A stretch of 22,443 nt of DNA from Chloroflexia bacterium (lineage in GTDB: Bacteria > Chloroflexota > Chloroflexia > DTKN01): the NCBI GenBank assembly GCA_034436115.1, contig DAOTVY010000039.1:1-22443 (forward strand). The letters run 5' to 3'. The position numbers and the translations under genes were made by a program. This document shows positions 7,465 to 14,882 of this stretch, piece after piece. The notes below the pieces were generated by a model. It did not search any database and had not been told where the DNA came from. It worked only from the letters and a program-made list of their open reading frames with translations. Every line of letters begins with the position of its first letter. Position 1 is the stretch's first letter.

Positions 7465-10400
7465 CTAGAGCTCGCGCCGGATCAGGACGAGCGTCAGGTC
7501 ATCGAAGGGAGGCTGACCCTCCCCGAACTCCTTCAACGCTTCCAGGACCGCGGCCTGGACGTCGGGGAGGGCATCGGCGCGGCGATCGGTCACGATGCGG
7601 GTCAGCCGCTCCAGGCCGAACTCTTCCTCGTGCCGGTTGATCGTCTCCGTAACCCCGTCCGTATAAAGCACCAGGGTATCTCCCGGCCGCAGTTCCACGA
7701 CCCGCTCTTCCAGACGCGCGTCCGGAATGACCCCCAGAATCACCCCGGGTGCTTGCAACAGGGCAGTTTCCCCATCCGCGCGCACCAGCAGCGCAGGGTT
7801 ATGCCCCGCACTCGCATACCGCATCTCGCCCGCCTGGGGATCGAGGACACCGTAAAAGACCGAGACGAACATCTCCGCCTGGGAGTCCTCCAAAAGGAGG
7901 CGGTTCACGTGGCCGAGGGCTTCGGCAGGGGAAGCGTGGTTGACCGCGCTGGCGCGCACCAGGCTTCGCGACAGCACCATGAAAAGCGCCGCCGGCACCC
8001 CCTTGTCGGAAACATCCGCTACCACAATTCCCAGCCGTCCATCGGGCAGCGGGACGAAATCGTAAAAATCCCCGCCGACCGCCCGTGCTGCTTCCCAGGC
8101 CGCTCCGATGGACCAGCCGGGGATCTGGGGGCAGCATTCGGGAAGGAGACGACGCTGGATCTCGCGGGCCACTGCCAGTTCCTGCTCCAGCCGTTGGCGG
8201 ACCTCCGCCTCTTGCCGCAAGCGCGCCTCCTGGATGGCGATCCCAGCTTGGTGGGCCAGGCCGGAGAGGATCGTCTGCTGTTTTCCGCTCAGAGGAGTGC
8301 CTCCTGCACCCAGGCCGAGGAGGAGCACGCTGCAAACCTCCCCGCCGGCGACCAGAGGATACAGCCATCCACTCCCGCCGGGCAAAAGCCCCGAGACCGC
8401 GACGGGCATTCCTTCCACGTCTGGCTCTGCCACCAGAGCCAGCGGCGTGGCACCTTGGACCACCCGCGCCAGGGCCGGTATCACCCGGGAATCCAACACC
8501 TGGCCTTCGAGCGCCTTCCATCCCGCTCCGTAGCCGTGAGCCACGCGGAACACGCCACTTTCCCTTTCGCGCAAGAGAAGGACGCACGGTTCCGCGCCGA
8601 TGAGCAGCGGCACCAGCCGCACGACGGTCTCCAGCGTTTCGCTCAGGTCTCGGGCGCGGGCGATGTTCTGTGCGACCTGCAGAAGCGCGTTTAGCACCCA
8701 GGCTTCCTCCTGCTCGGCCCGGTAGAGACGGGCATTTTCAAGCGCTACCGCAATCTGGTCCGCGAGCGTGCGCAGGATAAAGAGATCTTCGTCATCGAAG
8801 GCGTCCACCTCATCGCTCTGGACATCGAGGACGCCGACCACGTCGTTTCCAACCTTCAGGGGAACGGCGACCTCGGAACGCACATCCTTCTGGTCCGGCA
8901 GCCACCTGGGGTCCTGGCAGACATCGCCCACGATCGTGGCCTCCCCGTGCCGTGCGACCCAGCCAACAAGCCCTTCCTCCAGGGAGAGCCGGCCTTGCCG
9001 GGCTTCCCAGAAGGGGTTTTCCGGGTCGGTGCTGGCGCGGAAGATCACCTCTTCCCGCTCCGCATCGACCGTGAAGATATGGGCGTGGGAATACCCAAAG
9101 CGAGAGCGCACCAGCCGCACGACCTGGTTCAGCAGGGCATCCAGGTCGAGGATCGAAAGGATGCTGCGCATGACCTCGGCGATCGTTTGCAGCTGTACCG
9201 CGCGCCGACGCTGGGCTTCGTACTGGCGGGCCGCCTCCAGGGCGACCGCGGCCTGGTCCGCCAGCGCCAACAGCAGGGTGAGGTCGGCCTGGGCGAAAAA
9301 CCCGGGCTGCGGATGGGTGAGCGTGATCGCGCCCCAAGGGGTATCTCCGTGCAGGATGGGAACAGCAACCGCAGACCCTACGGCCTGTGCGCCGGGGAGC
9401 CAGCGCGGGTCTTTCCGGACGTCTGGGAGCAACGCGGCCTGCCGGTTGTGGATCACCCAACCCGCCAGCCCGCGCTCCAGGATCAGCCCCAGATCGGTCT
9501 GGGGTCCCTCTTGGGTGGAGATCGCGCGCGGGGTCTCCCGGCGGGTGCCCAGCAGCAAGATGACCCCGTCGGCTGCTTTCAGGCTTTCCAAGGCGCGTTG
9601 AAGCAACCGCTGGAGGAGGTCATCCAGGTCCAGCCGGCGTGTCAGGTCGCGGGTAACGTCCTGGAGGAGGCGCAGCCGGTCGCGCTCCTCGCGCACCGCG
9701 GCATAGAGGCGTGCGTTCTCGGCCGCGATGCGCTCCAGTTCGGCCGCCCGCTCGCGCGCTGCCTGGTACAGGCGGGCTTTCTCGATCGCTAGCGCCGCCT
9801 GGTCGGCGATGAAGGACAGGATGCGCAGGTGTTGTTCATCGAAGGCGGCCGGCCGTCGACTCTGGATCGAGATCGAGCCAATCGCTTCACCGGACGCCAG
9901 GAGCGGCACGAACACCCCGGAGCGCGGAGGATCGGGGTCCAGGTAAAGGGGGCGCGCCGGCAGCCGGTCCATTTCTCGGACAAAGTCGCGCACCAGCAGG
10001 GGCTGCTTGCTCTCCCGCATCCAGCCCACGATCCCCTTGCCCCGGGGGACCGTGACTGTGAGCGGAGGCTGACGTACACCGTCGCGGACGCGAATGGCCA
10101 GGGTGAAAAGGTCCCCTTCGAAGAATCCCAGGTGGAAAAAGGAGGTGTCCACGATGTGGCTCGCCTGCTGGTAGACCAGTTCTGCCAGGGCCTCGACGCT
10201 CATCTCGGCGTGCGCGACCGCGCGACCGATCTCGTTGAGCACCATAAGCTCGCGGACATTGTGCTGCTGTTGCAGGGTGATGCGCACGAGCCGCTGGATG
10301 ACCAGGCTGGTCGCGATCAGGCCGGCCGACATCAGGAGGAAGGCGCCCGGGCTCCCGCTCGCGTAGAGGAACGCGACCAGCACAGATAAGGGAAGCGGTG

Positions 10401-11025
10401 CGAGCTCGATCAAAAGGGAGGGCACGATCACCGCGTGCAGCCAGTCGCGGACACGCTTCCAGCCGCCCAGGATCGCTTCGGCAATGCCCCAACCCAGGTG
10501 GTCCATCAGGAACCAGGTCACGAGCAGGAGGAGAGTTGGTCCGGCCAGGGAAAGGTCGATCCTGTAGAGGGGGGCAGGACCGCCAACCCGTTGGTAGAGC
10601 GTTCCGCTCACAAGCGCCATCCAGCCTTTTAGCCCGCTGTCGAACGCGAGGTTCCCGACTAGCACCGGCCCGGCCAGCTCGGATCCCTCGCGCCGGGCTC
10701 GGACGCCTTCGACCAACCCTCGTTCGATTTGATACAGGAACGCACCCGCAGCCGCGACCCAGGCACCTCCAACTGGGCCAAACAACAGGATGGCTGCCAG
10801 GTCCACGATACCTACCAGGCTATGCGTCTCGCGTGGGACGACGCGGCTCCCGAGCCCCTTCATGAGGAGAGAGAGGAGGACAAAGAGGGGCCAGGCACGG
10901 TGGAAGAACACGGGCGGCACGTTCAGCCGCCACCGGAAGAGTATGGCCCACGCCGCGAAGCACACGAGGATACTCAGGGCTACGAAGGCCTCACGACGGC
11001 CCCTGGGAGGATTCCCCCGGACCAC
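7465..11025 (-). CDS. Membrane-anchored multi-GAF (about 4 GAF domains) PP2C/SpoIIE-type serine phosphatase, RsbU/RsbP-like, 1186 aa
   Basis: The N-terminal roughly 230 aa is hydrophobic, with about 6 TM segments. Four repeated GAF-like blocks each end in an ..ADQAAvALEnARLY.. helix. The C-terminal PPM/SpoIIE domain reads GGDFYDFVPLPDGRLGIVVADVSDKG ... YTDGVTE. The start is GTG at 11025 (SD GGAG 7 nt upstream) and overlaps the upstream gene by 35 nt. The exact start is uncertain. Confidence 0.88.
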   Translation of the reverse strand: MVRGNPPRGRREAFVALSILVCFAAWAILFRWRLNVPPVFFHRAWPLFVLLSLLMKGLGSRVVPRETHSLVGIVDLAAILLFGPVGGAWVAAAGAFLYQIERGLVEGVRARREGSELAGPVLVGNLAFDSGLKGWMALVSGTLYQRVGGPAPLYRIDLSLAGPTLLLLVTWFLMDHLGWGIAEAILGGWKRVRDWLHAVIVPSLLIELAPLPLSVLVAFLYASGSPGAFLLMSAGLIATSLVIQRLVRITLQQQHNVRELMVLNEIGRAVAHAEMSVEALAELVYQQASHIVDTSFFHLGFFEGDLFTLAIRVRDGVRQPPLTVTVPRGKGIVGWMRESKQPLLVRDFVREMDRLPARPLYLDPDPPRSGVFVPLLASGEAIGSISIQSRRPAAFDEQHLRILSFIADQAALAIEKARLYQAARERAAELERIAAENARLYAAVREERDRLRLLQDVTRDLTRRLDLDDLLQRLLQRALESLKAADGVILLLGTRRETPRAISTQEGPQTDLGLILERGLAGWVIHNRQAALLPDVRKDPRWLPGAQAVGSAVAVPILHGDTPWGAITLTHPQPGFFAQADLTLLLALADQAAVALEAARQYEAQRRRAVQLQTIAEVMRSILSILDLDALLNQVVRLVRSRFGYSHAHIFTVDAEREEVIFRASTDPENPFWEARQGRLSLEEGLVGWVARHGEATIVGDVCQDPRWLPDQKDVRSEVAVPLKVGNDVVGVLDVQSDEVDAFDDEDLFILRTLADQIAVALENARLYRAEQEEAWVLNALLQVAQNIARARDLSETLETVVRLVPLLIGAEPCVLLLRERESGVFRVAHGYGAGWKALEGQVLDSRVIPALARVVQGATPLALVAEPDVEGMPVAVSGLLPGGSGWLYPLVAGGEVCSVLLLGLGAGGTPLSGKQQTILSGLAHQAGIAIQEARLRQEAEVRQRLEQELAVAREIQRRLLPECCPQIPGWSIGAAWEAARAVGGDFYDFVPLPDGRLGIVVADVSDKGVPAALFMVLSRSLVRASAVNHASPAEALGHVNRLLLEDSQAEMFVSVFYGVLDPQAGEMRYASAGHNPALLVRADGETALLQAPGVILGVIPDARLEERVVELRPGDTLVLYTDGVTETINRHEEEFGLERLTRIVTDRRADALPDVQAAVLEALKEFGEGQPPFDDLTLVLIRREL

Positions 11026-11773
11026 TTTCTTGCTCCAGGGCTCGTAGTGCCGCTTCTCGCGTGTCGAAGGATGGGAAGATTTCCGAAAAACCCGTGATCC
11101 GCAGTACGCGCGCGACGTTCGGCTGCGCGCAGCAGAGGACGACCTGTCCCCCTCGTTCCCGCAGTTCCTTGGCGATCACCAAGAGCACGCGCAAGCCTCC
11201 GCTGCTCAGGTAGGTTACTTGGGCCAGGTCGACCACGAGATGTCGCTGGCCCAGGTCCAACGGCTGCCGGAGCAGGCGCTCCAGCTCCGGGGCGCGGGTC
11301 GCATCCAGCCGGCCGGCCGGAGCAAGCACGGATACGCCGGCCGGACCTCCCGCCACCCGCGTGCCGTAGCGCACCAGGGTGAGGACGTTTTCCTCTCCCT
11401 CCACCGTGAACTCGACCCGGTCCATCAGGCGGCGCATGAGGTAGATCCCCAGCCCTCCCTCCTGTCGCTCCTCGAGGGGTGCCTCGAGGTCGGGTTCCGG
11501 CACCAACGAGGGATCGAACCGCCGCCCGCGGTCGCGCAGCTGCACGAAAAAATCGGAGCCTTCCCGCCAGCAGAGCACCTGGAATGTGCCCTCCAACCCG
11601 GCCTCCTGGTATCCGTGGACGATGATGTTGGTCGCAGCCTCGTCGACCGCCATCTGGATGGCAAAGAGGTCGCCTTCCTGCACCCCGAGCTTCCGTGCAC
11701 ACTCCGAGACGAACTCGGAGAGGATGCTCAGCTGGTCCAAACGCGCCGGGAAACTTCGCTCCGATTTCCGCAT
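10991..11773 (-). CDS. Fusion protein: RsbW/SpoIIAB-like GHKL serine kinase (anti-sigma type) fused to a C-terminal STAS anti-sigma-factor-antagonist domain
   Basis: The N-terminal half has the E...N..VHG N-box, a DRGRRFD G1-like box and GGLGIYLMRRLMD G2 box. The C-terminal half has the STAS block VVDLAQVTYLSSGGLRVLL...VLRITGF, which includes the phosphorylatable Ser. ATG at 11773. The longer ORF-track start at 11863 lies inside the predicted promoter. Confidence 0.8.
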   Translation of the reverse strand: MRKSERSFPARLDQLSILSEFVSECARKLGVQEGDLFAIQMAVDEAATNIIVHGYQEAGLEGTFQVLCWREGSDFFVQLRDRGRRFDPSLVPEPDLEAPLEERQEGGLGIYLMRRLMDRVEFTVEGEENVLTLVRYGTRVAGGPAGVSVLAPAGRLDATRAPELERLLRQPLDLGQRHLVVDLAQVTYLSSGGLRVLLVIAKELRERGGQVVLCCAQPNVARVLRITGFSEIFPSFDTREAALRALEQESGPGESSQGPS

Positions 11774-11853
11774 GGCTTCGCTCTTACTGCCCCAATCGTC
11801 CCGTGCCCGTAACGGCGGGACGAACCTTCTTCGAACAATGGGCACTCGTGGTG

Positions 11854-11882
11854 ATGATAGCATAGCCCCCCGCTATTGACAA
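11854..11882 (-). promoter_or_regulatory. Sigma70-like promoter (minus strand) for the kinase-STAS/phosphatase operon: TTGTCA, 17-nt spacer, TGc, TATCAT
   Basis: The minus-strand read is TTGTCAatagcggggggctaTGcTATCAT. The -10 is the complement of 11854-11859 and the -35 the complement of 11877-11882. It lies about 80 nt upstream of the ATG at 11773. Confidence 0.4.
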
Positions 11883-11903
11883 GCCGCACGGCCATGGTAA
11901 ACT
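11876..11903 (+). promoter_or_regulatory. Sigma70-like promoter (plus strand) for the SPFH gene: TTGACA, 16-nt spacer, TGg, TAAACT
   Basis: TTGACA at 11876-11881 and TAAACT at 11898-11903, with a TGn extended element. The -35 hexamer overlaps the minus-strand -35 by 5 nt (core ctaTTGACAAg). It lies about 43 nt upstream of the ATG at 11946. Confidence 0.35.
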
Positions 11904-11945
11904 GTGGTGCGGGATCCCGAAAGTAGCGAAAAGGCAGGATGTACC

Positions 11946-13436
11946 ATGAGTGACGGGGACACCTCTGCGGGAGGGGCGGCCGGCCGGTCCAGAAGTTTCG
12001 GTTGTCTTTTGGCTGCCGGGCGTGTGCTTCTCATCCTGGTGGGATTGATCCTCGCCGTGCTCGCACTGTGGAAAGGTGGGTGGTATGCCCTGATCGCCTG
12101 GCTGCTCACCCTCGTGCTGCTCATCGACACCTCAGTGAACGTCTTCTACAGCGTGTACGAGGAAACCGGCTCGCGCCGGTGGGGCTGGTTGCTATGGATC
12201 GCGGCCTTCCTGTTGGGGTTTCCGGGGGCCCAGCGCATCACATCGGAGGGGAAGCTGGTTCCGACCAAGCCACCCGGGCCTCTCGGACGGCTGTTCGCCC
12301 GCTTCGGTGTCTCAAGGGAGCTGGTCATCGAGGGAGGCTGGGCGGCGGTGCTGGAACGACGTGGGCAGTTCACGCGCGTCTGCGGCCCCGGGCGCTACAC
12401 GCTGCAGCGCTTTGAAGAAGTCGCCCACGTCATCGACCTGCGGCCGCAGGTGCGCACGGTCGAGGTGAAAGGGGTACGGACGGCGGACGGCCTGACGTTC
12501 GACGTCGAATTGGACGCTCGTTTCCGGATCTCCGCAACGGATCCGCCCGGGGCGGGTGGTGGGACAGGGGCTGCCGGGACGATATCCCAAACCGCCCCCT
12601 CCGGTTCGGGCGCGGACGGCTCGGGCACAACAACGGCTCCGCCCGGGGCGGGTGGTGGGACAGGGACCGCAGGGACAACATCCAAGGTTGCACCCTCCGG
12701 TTCTGGCGCCGACGGTTCACAGACAACGGGAGTCCCAACAGCTACCCCTACCTACCCGTTTTCAGCGACTGCGATCCAGACCCTCGTGTACAACGGGGGA
12801 ATCCTGTACCAGAAGGAAGGGCAAGGATCGGGCAACCAGCTGGGCACCGGGGACAGGAGCGAAGGCCGGTTCGAGGATTGGCGGGACACGGTCGTCCGTG
12901 TTGTCCAGCAGGCGGTGCGTGACGTAGCCGCAGGAGTCCGGCTGGAGCAGATCCTTTCACTGCAGGACAGTCTGCCAAGCGCGCCCTCAGGTGTTCCTAC
13001 TTCCCAAAGATTCCCGGAACAACTGCCACAACCGGGTCGAGCGTGGCTCGGAACAGCGGTGTTTGGCAAGGCAAAGAGCCAACTCGAAAAACTGGGCGTG
13101 GAACTTCTCGGCATCGACCTGCAAGGCTTTGTGGTTCCCCCAGAGGTCCAGGATTTCTTCCTCAAATCGCTGCGCAGGCAGATCGATATCGAGTGGGCAA
13201 GGGCGCAAGAAGAAGCGATCCACCGCATCGCGGAGGGGCTGCAGAAGGCTCTCGGAACGATCCGGCAGGCAACGGAAGACACTCTGCCAGAAATCCGCCC
13301 CCACCTGCTGGTGACCCTGACCGACTTGTTGCAGCGCATTTCGCAGGACTTCTTGCGGTTGACCGCGCCCTACCGGACGATCGCCCAAATGCCCCCCAAA
13401 GCCCAGGGGCCTGCCACGCCTGAGGGAAAGGAATGA
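11946..13436 (+). CDS. SPFH/band-7 (stomatin/flotillin-like) membrane protein with an internal Gly/Thr/Ser-rich tandem-repeat insertion
   Basis: Two to three N-terminal TM helices (LLILVGLILAVLAL.., ALIAWLLTLVLLI.., WLLWIAAFLLGF). The SPFH-like core reads LVIEGGWAAVLERRGQFTRVCGPGRYTLQRFEEVAHVIDLRPQ..TADGLTFDVELDARFRI. The C-terminus is helical. ATG at 11946 with the SD AAAAGGCAGGA. The ORF-track GTG at 11904 falls inside the predicted 5' UTR. Confidence 0.8.
   Translation: MSDGDTSAGGAAGRSRSFGCLLAAGRVLLILVGLILAVLALWKGGWYALIAWLLTLVLLIDTSVNVFYSVYEETGSRRWGWLLWIAAFLLGFPGAQRITSEGKLVPTKPPGPLGRLFARFGVSRELVIEGGWAAVLERRGQFTRVCGPGRYTLQRFEEVAHVIDLRPQVRTVEVKGVRTADGLTFDVELDARFRISATDPPGAGGGTGAAGTISQTAPSGSGADGSGTTTAPPGAGGGTGTAGTTSKVAPSGSGADGSQTTGVPTATPTYPFSATAIQTLVYNGGILYQKEGQGSGNQLGTGDRSEGRFEDWRDTVVRVVQQAVRDVAAGVRLEQILSLQDSLPSAPSGVPTSQRFPEQLPQPGRAWLGTAVFGKAKSQLEKLGVELLGIDLQGFVVPPEVQDFFLKSLRRQIDIEWARAQEEAIHRIAEGLQKALGTIRQATEDTLPEIRPHLLVTLTDLLQRISQDFLRLTAPYRTIAQMPPKAQGPATPEGKE
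12543..12734 (+). repeat. Imperfect tandem duplication, 2 x 96 bp (about 78% identical), in frame inside the SPFH gene
   Basis: Copy 1 is 12543-12638 and copy 2 is 12639-12734. Both begin with the identical 27-mer ccgcccggggcgggtggtgggacaggg. They encode PPGAGGGTGAAGTISQTAPSGSGADGSGTTTA and PPGAGGGTGTAGTTSKVAPSGSGADGSQTTGV. Confidence 0.85.
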
Positions 13437-13517
13437 CCAGGGGAGTCGTCCTGCGAACTATGGAAACGGGCCTGTTCCTTCCAAGCCGAGGTCTGGTTTC
13501 CCGAAAGCGCGCCCGCC

Positions 13518-14000
13518 TCAGCCTTCGCACGGATCGGTGGGCGCTTCTTTCCAGTGGCGCTTTTTCCGGGCCAGAGGTGGCGGGAGTTGGATCGGGCTGC
13601 CCAGGCTGGCCAACAGGCCCTGACAGATATCGGCAAAACCGCGCAAGTATGCTTCCCGGCGCGCCTTCGGCAAGGACGGGGGAGACGAAAGCGTCGAGGC
13701 GTAGAGTGAGGTAATCAGGTTCTCCAGGTCTTCCAGGAGCCAGAGTTGGGTGATGACGCCGTGTGGCTTCTGCGTGCTCTGCGTCGGGGAGGGAATCCCC
13801 GCGAGTTCAGGGGAAAACCCCAGGGCGACGAGGATGCACTGCGTGGCCACGGTGCAGCCACTGGCGTATGCCCTGGCCGCTTCCTCGGGCGGTGGCCCGA
13901 CGCCGTCGCCTGTGGCCGGCCCGAAGGGAGCCAGTTTGGCTCCGAGCAAGGCGGCCAACAGGTTCTTCACGTCGTCCCGGCTCCAGCTGCGCGATGGCAC
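13518..14000 (-). CDS. Hypothetical protein (about 161 aa) with a predicted GTG start; the longer 13518..14417 ORF is rejected
   Basis: GTG at 14000 with the SD AAGAGGG 5 nt upstream. A minus-strand promoter at 14036-14064 places the TSS near 14029, which excludes the longer N-terminal extension. That extension is Arg-rich and lies antisense to a better ORF. The product (..DVKNLLAALLGAKLAPFG...WLLEDLENLITSLY..) is not recognised. Confidence 0.35.
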   Translation of the reverse strand: MPSRSWSRDDVKNLLAALLGAKLAPFGPATGDGVGPPPEEAARAYASGCTVATQCILVALGFSPELAGIPSPTQSTQKPHGVITQLWLLEDLENLITSLYASTLSSPPSLPKARREAYLRGFADICQGLLASLGSPIQLPPPLARKKRHWKEAPTDPCEG

Positions 14001-14035
14001 GGCATCCCTCTTGGGCGGGAATCTGTTGCGATTGC

Positions 14036-14064
14036 AGTATAGCACACCTGTTCGAGTCTGTCGA
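14036..14064 (-). promoter_or_regulatory. Sigma70-like promoter (minus strand): TCGACA, 17-nt spacer, TGc, TATACT
   Basis: The minus-strand read is TCGACAgactcgaacaggtgTGcTATACT. The -10 is the complement of 14036-14041 and the -35 the complement of 14059-14064. It sits in the 78-bp divergent intergenic region. Confidence 0.35.
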
Positions 14065-14078
14065 CCCGGAGGCAAACG

Positions 14079-14636
14079 ATGGCCATGCCCAGTCTGATCC
14101 AGCGCTTTCCGCTGCAGCTCCTCTCCTACCAGGACCTGCAGGAGGCGATCGACGAGGCAGCCCAAGGGGTGCTTCCCGCGGGCGCCAGTTCCGAGGTGAC
14201 TGACGCGTGGACAGGGCTCGCTCAGCAGGTACGGAACGTCTTGGCGGAGGCCTTCCTTTCTGGTGCTCCGGCCGCCCTCCCTGTGGCGCAGCAGGTGGAA
14301 GCGCTCCTGGCCCAGCTTGACTCGCGCATGGGAGCGGAAAGCTGGCAGGCGCTCCGGGTGGCCTACCGGACCTTCCTCGACCGGATCTACGGCGCGCTTT
14401 TCCAACACGTGGTCCATCAGGTGCCTACCTCAACCTTTACCGCGGCAGGACAGTTCTACTTGGGCGGCCTGGTCGTTTCCCGGCAAGCCTGGTTGCCGCA
14501 CGGACGCTCCGCGCTGCAAACGCTGATCCAGCTGCTGGACGATGGGGGCTTCCGTCTGGAGCTGGAGTTTGGCTGGCGCCCACTGGGAGAGCCGCAGGCA
14601 GCGGAATCCCCTCGGCCACAGAGGCACCATCGGTAA
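14079..14636 (+). CDS. Hypothetical protein, 185 aa, Ala/Leu-rich, predicted helical
   Basis: ATG at 14079 with the SD GGAGG about 8 nt upstream. GC3-rich and protein-like composition (MAMPSLIQRFPLQLLSYQDLQEAIDEAAQG...). No domain recognised. Confidence 0.45.
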   Translation: MAMPSLIQRFPLQLLSYQDLQEAIDEAAQGVLPAGASSEVTDAWTGLAQQVRNVLAEAFLSGAPAALPVAQQVEALLAQLDSRMGAESWQALRVAYRTFLDRIYGALFQHVVHQVPTSTFTAAGQFYLGGLVVSRQAWLPHGRSALQTLIQLLDDGGFRLELEFGWRPLGEPQAAESPRPQRHHR

Positions 14637-14882
14637 ACCGCACTTCTTAGAACGCTCACTTCCGCCAAGTTGGCGATCAGCCACGGGCCCGCCTAGCCCG
14701 GTGGCAAGCACACGGCCGATGCGGTTCTCCGCATTTCGATTCGCGCGTCGCACAGGATCCTTCCGACATAAGGCGGGAGAAAGGCCGGCCGTCGGCCCCG
14801 GCATCGGTTTGCCTGCAAACGGGCTAGTACAAGGGCTTCGTAGCGGTGTCATAGCACCCGAAATCCTCTGGCAAAGCCCCCC

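Noticed and set aside
7630-10865. Many plus-strand ORFs (for example 7630..8694, 8768..9601, 8947..9792, 9829..10389) and minus-strand shadow ORFs inside the phosphatase gene
   Set aside because: All overlap the well-supported 1186-aa GAF/PP2C frame. They have the Arg-rich, low-complexity translations typical of off-frame GC-rich sequence.
10980-11863. Longer start (11863) for the kinase-STAS gene, and the minus-strand ORF 10980..11702
   Set aside because: The ATG at 11863 lies inside the predicted -10/-35 of its own promoter, so I chose ATG 11773 instead. The ORF 10980..11702 is a shadow frame of the kinase-STAS gene.
13518-14417. The full-length 299-aa minus-strand ORF as annotated by the ORF track
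   Set aside because: Its first roughly 139 codons are Arg-rich and lie antisense over the more protein-like + gene at 14079..14636. An internal promoter and an SD+GTG at 14000 explain the conserved-looking C-terminal part better.
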